From an uncultured Chloroflexia bacterium (GTDB lineage Bacteria; Chloroflexota; Limnocylindria; Limnocylindrales; CSP1-4), in contig CAVPIF010000003.1 of the NCBI GenBank assembly GCA_963704935.1, positions 12,256 through 76,255 of the forward strand: DNA of 64,000 nucleotides, in the 5' to 3' direction. The notes below the pieces were generated by a model. The model saw only the letters and a program-made list of their open reading frames with translations. It did no database searches and was not told where the DNA came from. How positions within the stretch are numbered: the first letter of the stretch is position 1; every line of letters starts with the position of its first letter. A program made the translations under genes and the position numbers. Positions 38,673 through 47,711 of this stretch are shown here, one piece after another.

Positions 38673-41033
38673 TCAGAGCAGGATGATCGTGGCCCCATCG
38701 CCGCCCTCGCCGCGCTCGCCCGCGCGGACCGAGCGGACCAGTGGGTGTGAGGCTGCCTCGGAGCGCACCGCGTCGCGCAGGGCCCCGGTGCCGAGGCCGT
38801 GGATGACCGTCACCGAGGCCAGCCCGGCCAGGGACGCGTCGTCCAGATAGCGCCCCAGGGCGTCCAGCGCCTCTTCGACTCGGGCGCCACGCAGGTCCAG
38901 GGACGACGCGACGGTCCTCGCCCGGGCCAGTCGCAGGGACGCCGCGTTCGACGTCGCCTCGGCGGTCCCGCGTCCGTCCAGCGCCGCCGTCGGGACGTCT
39001 GCCGACACCAGGCCCGGCTCGAGGTCATCGAGGTCCACCGTCACGCGCATCCCGCCGGCCTCCAGCGTCGCTCGCCGGCCGTCACGCTCCAGCGCCGCGA
39101 TCCGCCCCTCCCACCCACCACTGCGACTGCGCGCCCGGTCACCGACGCGCCACGTCGCGGGCTCCGCCGGCGGGGCGACCGGAACGGGGTCCGGTACGGG
39201 CAAGCGGCTACTGATGGCCTCGGCGCGTTCCACGGCCGCATCGATGGACGCCGCCGTCAGCGTCTCGCGCTCCAGCGCCCGCCGCGTGGCCGCGAGTTCC
39301 GTGCGCAACTCGTCCACGATCCGATCGGCTTCCGCGCGGGCGGTCCGGACCGCTTCGTCCCGCTCGTGCCGGGCGCGTCGGCGCTCTTCCTGCGCGACGC
39401 GCAGCGCCTCCGTGGCCCGCGTCTCCGCCGCACGCGCCCGCTCCAGCGCATCGCCGGTCTCACCCTCCGTCGCCTTGATGGCGGCCAGGGTCGCCTCGAA
39501 CGAGCGCTGCGCCTCCGTCAGGCGCGAGCGGGCATCCTCCACGATGGACGCCGGCAGGCCCAGTCGCTCCGCGATGGCGAAGGCCTGGCTCCCGCCGGGC
39601 AGGCCGATCGTCAGCCGGTACGTTGGCGACAGTGTCTCCAGGTCGAACTCGACCGCGGCGTTCCGTGCCCCGGGGGTCGTGTGCGCGTACGCCTTCAACT
39701 CCGCATAGTGGGTCGTAGCCGCCACGATGGCGCCGGCGCGGATGAAGTGGTCGAGCAGCGACTGCGCGAGCGCGGAGCCCTCCGTCGGGTCCGTGCCGGC
39801 GCCCAGCTCGTCGAGCAGGACGAGGGTGCGCGGCCCGGCCCCGGCGACGATCTGGGTGATCCGCCGGAGGTGCCCGGAGAAGGTCGACAGCGACTGGGCC
39901 ACGGACTGCTCGTCACCGATGTCGGCGAAGACGTCGTCCCAGATCGGCAGCCGACTCCCGGCCTCGGCGGGCACGTGCAGCCCGGACTGGTGCATCAGGC
40001 TCAGGAGCCCGAGCGTCCGCAGGGTCACCGTCTTGCCCCCGGTGTTCGGGCCGGTGACCACGAGGGCCGTGTACCCGTCGCCCAGCCGGATGTCGATCGG
40101 CACGACGCGGCCCGCGAGCCCAGGGTGGCGGGCCGACAGCAGCACGACGTCCGGCCGATCCGCGGTCTGCGCCCGGGTCCCGTCCATCTCCGCTGCGAGC
40201 GTCGCCCTGGCCGCCCACAGGTCGAAGCGGGCGAGGGCGTCCAGGGTCTCCCGCAGGGCGGCGGCGTTGACCGCGACGAGGGCCGACAACTCGTCGAGGA
40301 TCCGGGCGACCTCCTCCTGCTCGGCGACCTGCGCCTCGCGCCAGGCGTTCCCGAGCTCGACGGCGACCAGCGGCTCCACGAACAAGGTCTGGCCGCTGCC
40401 CGAGGCATCGTGGACGATGCCCTTCACCCGGTTCCGCGCCTCTGCCTTGACCGGCACCACGTAGCGGCCGTTGCGGAGCGTGACGATGGGTTCCTGGAGC
40501 GCGCCCCCCAGTTCGGCACCGACCAGCGCATCGAGCCGACGACGCAGCCGTTCGTAGGCGATCCGCACGGCGGCGCGCAGGCCGCCGAGCCTCGGCGATG
40601 CGGTGTCCAGCAGCTCACCGACGGGGTCGAAGCTGCGGCCGAGCGTGGTCCGCAGTCCCCCGAGCGGATGGAGTTCCCGGCCCAGATCGCGCAGCAGCGT
40701 CCGTCGCTCGTCGGCCAGCGAGGTCGCCAGCCGTGCCGTGGCGTCCAGGGTCTCGGCGATCTCGAGGAAGTGCGCAGGGTCCAGGCGTCCGCCGCGGGCG
40801 GCCCGCTCCACCCACGGCCCGATGTCGTGCGCCGCCCCGATACCGACCCCTGGACGCTGCTCCAGGAGGGCCCGCGCCTGGTCGGTCTCGTCCAGTCGCC
40901 GGCTCACGATGACCGGGTCGGCGGACGGCTCGAGCTGTTCGGCCAGTCGACGCGATGGCGGGAAGGACGTCGCCTCAGCCAGGCGCGCCCGGATGAGCGG
41001 GAACTCCAGGAGGACCTGCGAGCGTGGATCCAT
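38673..41033 (-). CDS. mutS2: Endonuclease MutS2
   Basis: In ORF 38673..41888, starting from MDPRSQVLLEF. It has Walker A TGPNTGGKTV, the motif LLDELGAGTDP and a C-terminal Smr domain (LDLRGARVEEAL...IHGLGTGALR). Confidence 0.93.
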   Translation of the reverse strand: MDPRSQVLLEFPLIRARLAEATSFPPSRRLAEQLEPSADPVIVSRRLDETDQARALLEQRPGVGIGAAHDIGPWVERAARGGRLDPAHFLEIAETLDATARLATSLADERRTLLRDLGRELHPLGGLRTTLGRSFDPVGELLDTASPRLGGLRAAVRIAYERLRRRLDALVGAELGGALQEPIVTLRNGRYVVPVKAEARNRVKGIVHDASGSGQTLFVEPLVAVELGNAWREAQVAEQEEVARILDELSALVAVNAAALRETLDALARFDLWAARATLAAEMDGTRAQTADRPDVVLLSARHPGLAGRVVPIDIRLGDGYTALVVTGPNTGGKTVTLRTLGLLSLMHQSGLHVPAEAGSRLPIWDDVFADIGDEQSVAQSLSTFSGHLRRITQIVAGAGPRTLVLLDELGAGTDPTEGSALAQSLLDHFIRAGAIVAATTHYAELKAYAHTTPGARNAAVEFDLETLSPTYRLTIGLPGGSQAFAIAERLGLPASIVEDARSRLTEAQRSFEATLAAIKATEGETGDALERARAAETRATEALRVAQEERRRARHERDEAVRTARAEADRIVDELRTELAATRRALERETLTAASIDAAVERAEAISSRLPVPDPVPVAPPAEPATWRVGDRARSRSGGWEGRIAALERDGRRATLEAGGMRVTVDLDDLEPGLVSADVPTAALDGRGTAEATSNAASLRLARARTVASSLDLRGARVEEALDALGRYLDDASLAGLASVTVIHGLGTGALRDAVRSEAASHPLVRSVRAGERGEGGDGATIILL

Positions 41034-41050
41034 CGAGCGGGGCTCCCCCG

Positions 41051-41857
41051 TCAGCGGGGACGCGATACCGACGCGTGGCCGTCGAGCGCGAACCGCCACG
41101 GGACGGTGTCCCAGGGTGCGCCCGCGTAGCCGACTCCGACGCGTGGCCCGGCCACGATGCGGCCGGGCTGCGCGCCGGCGCCGACCGTGCCTCCGGCCTC
41201 CAGGTGCAGCGGCGAGTCCGGCGCGCACAGGTCCGTGCCCGTCCACGAGCGGTCGACCCCGAAGCACGCCCCCACGAGACCCGGTCCCCTGGCGAGCGCA
41301 TGGTCGGGGACCCGCATCAGGCGCTCGGCGGCGTCCATCGTGGACCCCGTCCCCCGTCGCCCGGCCCGTCGGTGTCCACCCACCGCCAACCGGCCCGCGC
41401 GCATGATCTCCATCCCGGTCAGGGGCTCCACGGCGCGGATCAGGACGGCGCCCGGTCGCCCGGTGGGGCCGGTCACCACGTTCAGGCAGTCGTACATCCC
41501 GTAGACAAGGTACACGTAGGCGATGCCCGGCGGGCCGGCCATGACCGCGTTCCGGGTCGGCGACCCGAAGCGGGCGTGCGAGGCGAGGTCCTCCGGGCCG
41601 GCGTACGCCTCCGTCTCGACGATCCGCCCCACGCGCCGACCCGTCTCGTCGTCGCGGACGAGCAGCGCGCCGAGCAGCGCCCGGGCCGCTTCCGGGCCGC
41701 CGCTGCCCAGCGATTCGCGCGGCAGGACGCTCAGACGGTACCCGGGTACAGGACCTGGATCCGGTCGGGCACGAGGAAGTCGGTGATCGAGAAGAACACC
41801 GGGATGAGGCCGTCGCGGAAGGCGTCCACGATCCGCGAGTCCGCCAGCCCGTTCCAC
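41051..41857 (-). CDS. mpg: DNA-3-methyladenine glycosylase (Mpg/AAG family); start codon unresolved
   Basis: ORF 41051..41857. The conserved region begins only near 41730 (LPRESLGSGGPEAARALLGALLV...GRIVETEAYAG..DLASHA...AYVYLVYGMY.CLNVV). The GTG at 41857 would overlap cvpA by 127 nt. No ATG, GTG or TTG lies between. A CTG (41732-41734) overlaps the cvpA stop. Confidence 0.75.
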   Translation of the reverse strand: MERAGGLADRGRLPRRPHPGVLLDHRLPRARPDPGPVPGYRLSVLPRESLGSGGPEAARALLGALLVRDDETGRRVGRIVETEAYAGPEDLASHARFGSPTRNAVMAGPPGIAYVYLVYGMYDCLNVVTGPTGRPGAVLIRAVEPLTGMEIMRAGRLAVGGHRRAGRRGTGSTMDAAERLMRVPDHALARGPGLVGACFGVDRSWTGTDLCAPDSPLHLEAGGTVGAGAQPGRIVAGPRVGVGYAGAPWDTVPWRFALDGHASVSRPR

Positions 41858-42321
41858 AGGTCGCGCAAGCCGGGAAGCTCCTGCGCATCGGGGGTGGCCC
41901 CGCGAATGAAGAACGTGCCCAGGATGACCACGACGAAACCCAGGATCAGCGCCGCCTGGAGGACGCCGAGCGCGCCACCGAGCACCTCATCGACGAAGCG
42001 GGCGTTCTGGAACAGCGGCTGGGGCTTGTAGAAGCCCTGTGCGACCAGGGCGAACGCGAGGGCCGCCGCCACGAACACCGTCAGGAACCCGATCATGAAC
42101 GAGTAGTCCTTGGGGAACTGGGTCCAGTTCGCGCCGAGGAAGTCGCCGAGCGGGATGGACAGGTTGGCCGCAAAGAAGAACGAGAACAGGATCGAGCCGA
42201 TCCCGATGACCCGGCGGATGGTGCCCTGGGCGAACCCGAGCACGAAGAAGGCCATGAAGTAGAGGACGAGCAGCAGGTCCACCGTCCGGATCCCGCCGAG
42301 GAACTCCCCGAAGTCCACCAC
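41731..42321 (-). CDS. cvpA: CvpA-family membrane protein
   Basis: In ORF 41731..42375. It has four hydrophobic segments (DLLLVLYFMAFFVLGFAQG...). The likely GTG start lies just after GGAGG, and its position is uncertain by a few codons. Confidence 0.8.
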   Translation of the reverse strand: MVDFGEFLGGIRTVDLLLVLYFMAFFVLGFAQGTIRRVIGIGSILFSFFFAANLSIPLGDFLGANWTQFPKDYSFMIGFLTVFVAAALAFALVAQGFYKPQPLFQNARFVDEVLGGALGVLQAALILGFVVVILGTFFIRGATPDAQELPGLRDLWNGLADSRIVDAFRDGLIPVFFSITDFLVPDRIQVLYPGTV

Positions 42322-42468
42322 GCCTCCAACGCTTCCGGTCTGTCCCCTGGACCCGTGTGGGCCGGGGCGGCGCAAGGGTAGCAGCGCCCGTCAGCGGGTC
42401 GCAAGGTCCGAACGGTGGATCGGGGCGGCCGGGGCCGGTCCGGAGCGGTCCGTCGTGGTCCGCTGGCG

Positions 42469-44952
42469 TCAGGTGCGGAGGCGGCCGCCGACCTCGAGCG
42501 CAAGCCCGTCCGCAACGGCCGACATGGCAGCATCGACCTCGGCCTCGGTCAGCGTCCGCTCGGGCGACTGGAAGGTCAGTCGCCAGGCCAGGCTCTTCTC
42601 CCCGTCGTCCAGTGGTCGACCCCGATAGATGTCGAATAGCCGTGTCGAGCGGAGCAGGTCGCCGCCGTGGCGGACGATGGACGTTCGCACCTCGCCCGCG
42701 GGCCGGCCGAGAGCGACGACGACCGCGAGGTCGCGCTCCACCGCCGGGTGTCGCGGCGGGGTCCGCCCGCGCGGGACGGATGGTTCGCCCCCGGACAGGC
42801 CGGCGATGGCGACTTCGGCGACGATGACCCGGTCGGCGCGGACGTCCAGGCCCGCCACGATAGCCGGGTGCAGTTCCCCCAGGCGGCCGGCCATCTCCTC
42901 ACCGGCCCGGACGACGGCGGCCCGGCCCGGGTGCAGGTTCGGGTCGTCGGCGACCGGCGACCAGGTCGGTGCCGACAGGCCCAGCGCATGGGCCACGGCG
43001 TCGAGCAGCCCCTTGGCGTCATCGATGTCGTACGGATGCCCGGGGCGATCCCAGGCCGGGGCCGCGGCGAGACCGGTCAGGGCGATGGCGAGCCGCCACC
43101 ACTCGTGCGTCGCGCCGTCGCCGGTGGCGGCATAGCCCTTGCCCACCTCGAAGACGGCGACGTCCTCGCGTCCGTGGCGCAGGTTCGTGGCGACCACGTC
43201 GAGCAGGCTCCCGACCAGCGACTGGCGCATGACCGAATGCTGCACGCTCAGGGGGTTCGTGACGGCGACCGGCCGACCGACGGCTTCGCCTTCACCCGGG
43301 ATCGTGGTGTCGCCGACCGGTCCGAAGCGATCCACCATGGCCGGCGAGACGAGGGCGTGGGTCACGGCCTCCGTGAGTCCCGCCCCCACGAGCACCGCAC
43401 GGACGCGGTCGCGAGTCCGGAGCGGGGCGTGTCGGTGGGGCGGCATCGGCGTGTGCGGCAGGATCTCCGGGACGAGGTCGTAGCCACGGACCCGGGCGAC
43501 TTCCTCGGCGACATCCGCCTCGACCAGCAGGTCGCGGCGCCATGACGGCACGGTCGCGACCAGCGTCTCGGTCGTGCCCGGATCGACGTCCAGCGGCCGG
43601 GGTTCCGTGGCGACGATGACCAACGCATCGGCCGGGGCCACGTCGGTCGCGATGCCGACACGGGCCAGCAGGGCCCGCTGTTCGTCGGCCGGGATGCGGG
43701 TACCCAGCAAGCGGTCCACGCGCTCCGGGCGAAATGCGACCTGTCCGGGCATCGGCTCGGTCGGGTCGGTATCCACCACGCCGACGGCGACGCGGCCACC
43801 GGCCCACTCGTGGATCAGGCGTGCCGTCCGGTCCGCTCCCAGGCGGGCGAGCCGATGCTCCTGGCCCTTCTCGAACCTCAGGCTCGCCTCGGAACGCAGG
43901 GCGTAGCGGAAGGCCGTCCGCCGGATGCTCACCGGATCGAACACCGCCGACTCGACGACCACGTCGGTCGTCGTGGAGGAGATCTCCGAGGTGGCGCCGC
44001 CCATCACCCCGGCGATGCCCAGCACGCCCCGCGGATCGGCGATCAGCAGGGTTTCCGGATCCAGTTCCCGGTCGACGTGGTCGAGCGTCTCGAGGCGCTC
44101 GCCGGGGCTGGCCAGGCGGACGACGATCCGACCGTCATGGACGGCTCGGGCGTCGAACGTGTGGATCGGCTTGCCGAGCTCCAGCATCACGTAGTTGCTC
44201 ACGTCGACGACGTTGCTCACGGGGCGCTGGCCGGCCGCGATGAGGCGCCGCTGGACGACATCCGGCGAGGGACCGACGGTCACGCCCTCGACGAACCGTC
44301 CCACGAACCGGGGGCAGAGGACAGGTTCAACGACGTCGACCCGGAGCCGGTCGGCGATCGGCGGGCCGGTCTCCACCGGGTCCGTGTCCGGGAACCGGAC
44401 CGGCGCGCCGGTCACGGCCGAGACCTCCCGCGCGAGCCCGACCAGGCACAGGGCGTCGCCGCGGTTGGGCTTGACGTCGACGTCCAGCACCACGTCGCCG
44501 TAGAGGTCGACGAGTCGCGTCCCGAGCGGCGTGTCGGCGGGGAGGATCAGGATGCCGTCCGCATCGGTGGTCAACCGCAGTTCGTCGCCGGAGCACAGCA
44601 TCCCGTTGCTGACGACGCCCATCTTCTCGGTCCGCTCGATGCGACGGTCGCCCGGCAACACCGCACCGACCAGGGCCACCGGGATCCGCTGGCCCGGGGC
44701 GATGTTCGTGGCCCCGCAGACGATCTCGAGCGGTTCCCCGGTCCCGAGGGTGACGGTGGTCAGCGACAGGCGGTCCGCCCGCGGGTGGCGCTCCACGGTC
44801 AGCAGCTCGCCGACGACCACGGACTGCCAGTCGGCGCCCCAGCGGTCGATGCCCTGGACCTCCATGCCCAGCAGGGTCAGCCGCTCTGCCAGCTGCTCCG
44901 GCGTGAGCTGGATGTCGACATAGTCGCGCAGCCAGGACAGCGGTACCCTCAT
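42469..44952 (-). CDS. pheT: Phenylalanine-tRNA ligase beta subunit
   Basis: 827-aa intact ORF starting MRVPLSWLRDYVD, with tRNA-binding, B3/4, B5 and FDX-ACB-like regions. Confidence 0.96.
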   Translation of the reverse strand: MRVPLSWLRDYVDIQLTPEQLAERLTLLGMEVQGIDRWGADWQSVVVGELLTVERHPRADRLSLTTVTLGTGEPLEIVCGATNIAPGQRIPVALVGAVLPGDRRIERTEKMGVVSNGMLCSGDELRLTTDADGILILPADTPLGTRLVDLYGDVVLDVDVKPNRGDALCLVGLAREVSAVTGAPVRFPDTDPVETGPPIADRLRVDVVEPVLCPRFVGRFVEGVTVGPSPDVVQRRLIAAGQRPVSNVVDVSNYVMLELGKPIHTFDARAVHDGRIVVRLASPGERLETLDHVDRELDPETLLIADPRGVLGIAGVMGGATSEISSTTTDVVVESAVFDPVSIRRTAFRYALRSEASLRFEKGQEHRLARLGADRTARLIHEWAGGRVAVGVVDTDPTEPMPGQVAFRPERVDRLLGTRIPADEQRALLARVGIATDVAPADALVIVATEPRPLDVDPGTTETLVATVPSWRRDLLVEADVAEEVARVRGYDLVPEILPHTPMPPHRHAPLRTRDRVRAVLVGAGLTEAVTHALVSPAMVDRFGPVGDTTIPGEGEAVGRPVAVTNPLSVQHSVMRQSLVGSLLDVVATNLRHGREDVAVFEVGKGYAATGDGATHEWWRLAIALTGLAAAPAWDRPGHPYDIDDAKGLLDAVAHALGLSAPTWSPVADDPNLHPGRAAVVRAGEEMAGRLGELHPAIVAGLDVRADRVIVAEVAIAGLSGGEPSVPRGRTPPRHPAVERDLAVVVALGRPAGEVRTSIVRHGGDLLRSTRLFDIYRGRPLDDGEKSLAWRLTFQSPERTLTEAEVDAAMSAVADGLALEVGGRLRT

Positions 44953-45133
44953 CGGAATGCTCCCAGGAACGTCATCAGATCCCCGGGTCGCCCAGAAGCA
45001 GCCTGATGCCGAACGCGAGAGGGCCGACAGCGAGCAAGAACGCGATGCCCAGGACGACTGCCCCGACGGCCAGCGCCTAGACCACCTTGATGGGTGTCAT
45101 CAGGCGTGACCCTCCAGATGCGGGATATTGCCC

Positions 45134-46174
45134 TCACCGGAACTGCTCCAGGAAGCGCAGGTCGTTCTCCATGTACAGGCGCAGGTCCCCGACGCTGTAG
45201 CGCAGGTTGGCGATCCGCTCCACGCCCATGCCGAACGCGAAACCCTGGTAGCGCTCCGGGTCCAGGCCGCCGTACTGGAGCACGACCGGATGGACCATGC
45301 CGGCGCCCAGGATCGTCATCCAGCCGGTGCGCGAACAGGCCGGGCACCCGGAGCCACCACAGACCACGCACTCGACGTCGAACGCGACCGACGGCTCCGT
45401 GAAGGGGTAGTACCCGGGCCGGAAGCGGGTTCGCTTGTCCGCGCCGTACATCGCCCGGGCGAATTGGACCAGCAGGCCCTTGAGGTCGCCCATGGTCGTG
45501 CCCTCGTCGACCATCAGCCCTTCGACCTGGAAGAACTCGGAGGCGTGACTGGCGTCGATCGCCTCGTAGCGGAAGCAGCGACCCGGCAGCAGGGCGCGGA
45601 TCGGCGGGGACTCCTGGTGCATGACCCGGATCTGCCCGGGCGACGTGTGGGTCCGCAGCAGGTGGCCCTCGACGTCGACGTACAGGGTGTCCCACAGGTC
45701 GCGCGCGGGGTGATCCGGCGGGATGTTGAGCATCTGGAAGTTGCGGACATCGTCCTCGATCTCCGGCCCTTCGTAGACCACGAACCCGAACTGCCCGAAG
45801 ATCTCGGCGATCTCGGCGATCGTCTCGTTGATCGGATGGAAGGTGCCGCGCCGGATCGGCCGCCCGGGCGTCGTGACATCGATCGCTTCGGTCGCCAGCC
45901 GCGAGGCCATCTCTGTCGCACCGAGGGCGGCTCCCCTCCCCCGGAGCGCGGTCTCGATGGCGGTCCGGACCGCGTTCGCCGCCGCGCCGACCTTGGGGCG
46001 GTCGTCGGCCGGCAGCGCCCCGATGCCGCGCAGGACACCCGTCAGCCGGCCCTTCCTGCCGAGGACGTCCAGCTCCAGCGCCTCGAGCGACGCGACGTCC
46101 GGAGAGGCGGCGACCGCGGCCAGTGATTCGGCCTGCAGACGTTCCAGGTCACGGATCAGGTCGGCGAGTTCCAC
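45134..46174 (-). CDS. pheS: Phenylalanine-tRNA ligase alpha subunit
   Basis: 346-aa ORF with class II motifs (...LLRTHTSPGQIR..., GRCFRYEA, FTEPS, ILGAGMVHP). Confidence 0.96.
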   Translation of the reverse strand: MELADLIRDLERLQAESLAAVAASPDVASLEALELDVLGRKGRLTGVLRGIGALPADDRPKVGAAANAVRTAIETALRGRGAALGATEMASRLATEAIDVTTPGRPIRRGTFHPINETIAEIAEIFGQFGFVVYEGPEIEDDVRNFQMLNIPPDHPARDLWDTLYVDVEGHLLRTHTSPGQIRVMHQESPPIRALLPGRCFRYEAIDASHASEFFQVEGLMVDEGTTMGDLKGLLVQFARAMYGADKRTRFRPGYYPFTEPSVAFDVECVVCGGSGCPACSRTGWMTILGAGMVHPVVLQYGGLDPERYQGFAFGMGVERIANLRYSVGDLRLYMENDLRFLEQFR

Positions 46175-46282
46175 GATCCTCCTTGGTCAGCGGCCGGGGC
46201 CCGGGCCCTCGAATCACGAACCCCCGATCGTCCCGGACGTCGAGGGTTCCGTGGTGCTCGAAGGTGTCGGATCCGGACCGGG

Positions 46283-46633
46283 TCAGGCGCTCTTGGCGAG
46301 GTCGGCGATCCGCCCGAAGGTCGCGCTGTCGCGGATCGCCAGATCGGCCAGGATCTTGCGATCGATCTGGACGTCCGCCTTCTTGAGGCCGTGGACGAAC
46401 TGGCCGTAGGTGAGCCCGTTCTGGCGAGCGGCCGCGTTGATGCGGATGACCCACAGCTGGCGCATCTGGCGCTTGCGCTGCTTGCGGTCGCGCGTCGCGT
46501 AGGCGAGGGCGTGGAGCAGGGCCTCACGGGCCGGCTTGATCAGCCGCGACTTGGCCCCCTTGCGGCCCTCCGCGTCCTGGAGAAGGCGCTTGTGACGCTT
46601 GTGGGCGGTGACGCCCCGCTTGACTCGTGCCAT
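46283..46633 (-). CDS. rplT: 50S ribosomal protein L20
   Basis: 116-aa ORF: [18 protein letters not shown]...[10 protein letters not shown]. Confidence 0.97.
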   Translation of the reverse strand: MARVKRGVTAHKRHKRLLQDAEGRKGAKSRLIKPAREALLHALAYATRDRKQRKRQMRQLWVIRINAAARQNGLTYGQFVHGLKKADVQIDRKILADLAIRDSATFGRIADLAKSA

Positions 46634-46648
46634 GGGATGCGCAGGCTC

Positions 46649-46846
46649 CTAGAGGTACGGCAGCAGGCGTCGTACCTGCTTGGCATGCACGGCGCCCATC
46701 ACGGTCTTGCCGGCGTAGCGGCGTGTCCGTCGAGAGGACTTGATCTCGAGGTGATGGCCACGCCACGCGTTGACCCGGACGATCTTGCCCGAGCCGGTCA
46801 CGCCGATGCGCTTCTGGGCCGCCTTGTGGCTCTTGATCTTGGGCAC
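46649..46846 (-). CDS. rpmI: 50S ribosomal protein L35
   Basis: Starts at a GTG: (M)PKIKSHKAAQKRIGVTGSGKIVRVNAWRGHHLE...; 65 aa. AGGAGA lies upstream. In the ORF track it is fused to the infC frame (46649..47569). Confidence 0.9.
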   Translation of the reverse strand: MPKIKSHKAAQKRIGVTGSGKIVRVNAWRGHHLEIKSSRRTRRYAGKTVMGAVHAKQVRRLLPYL

Positions 46847-46853
46847 CCTGGCC

Positions 46854-47596
46854 TCACTCTCCTGCTTGCACCGGCGCTGCGGCCGGGACGCTTGGCTTCT
46901 TGGTCGGCGCCGGGCTCGGGGCCGCCTCGGGGGCGGGAGCCGGCGCTGGTTCGATGGTCGTTTCGGGCGCCTCCGGAACATCCGTCGCGGCTTCGGCCGT
47001 TGCGGCTTCGGCCGTTGCGGCTGCGGCCGTCGGACCACCTCGGCGTCCGCCGGATGCTTGCGGTCCGGCGCGTCGTGGCCCTTGGGCTTGTGGGTCGAAG
47101 CCATCGTGATGTGCATCGACTTGCCCTCGAGCAGCGGCGTCCGTTCCGCCACCCCATGATCCTTCACCCGGTCGACGAACCGGGCGATCAGGTTGCGGCC
47201 GATCTCCGGGTGGGTCAATTCCCGACCCCGGAACCTGACGGTCACCTTGATCCGGTCGCCATCCTCCAGGAACTCCACCGCCCGATTCACCTTCGTGTCG
47301 AAGTCACCGACGCCGATCTTCGGCGACAGGCGGACCTCCTTGAAGGTCACCGAGCGCTGCTTGCGCTTGGCTTCCTTGTCCCGCTTGGTCAGTTCGTACT
47401 TGTACTGCCCGAAGTCGAGGAACTTGACGACCGGGGGCTGCGCCATCGGTGCGACCTCGACGAGGTCGTAGCCGCGGTCCTGCGCCATCTCGAGGGCACG
47501 TGGTGTGGGCATCACACCCAGCTGTGCACCCTCTTCATCGACGACCCGCACCTGTGGGATCCGGATCATCTGGTTGATTCGCAGGTCTCGGCTGAT
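46854..47596 (-). CDS. infC: Translation initiation factor IF-3 with a non-AUG (ATC) start and a long low-complexity C-terminal tail; 3' end ambiguous
   Basis: After an in-frame TGA (47600-47602) the frame reads T-I-SRDLRINQMIRIPQVRVVDEEGAQLG. No ATG, GTG or TTG lies upstream of the conserved RIN..IR block. AAGGGGTGA sits just before ATC (47594-47596). In its own frame there is no stop before rpmI. An alternative frame (Ala/Pro/Glu-rich tail) stops at TGA 46854-46856. Confidence 0.8.
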
Positions 47597-47711
47597 GGTT
47601 CACCCCTTGTTCGTCGCGGATTCATCCGTCCGGCACGCACGAAGACGCCCGTGCCGGGCCGAGGCGGAACGATAGCATACCGGTCCCAAAACCGCGACGC
47701 GACGCGTCCGA

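Noticed and set aside
46175-46282. A T-box or attenuator leader in front of pheS
   Set aside because: The spacer is only ~108 nt with no T-box core. The hairpins (GAACCC...GGGTTC and the GGGCCCGGGCCC palindrome) are unremarkable at this G+C.
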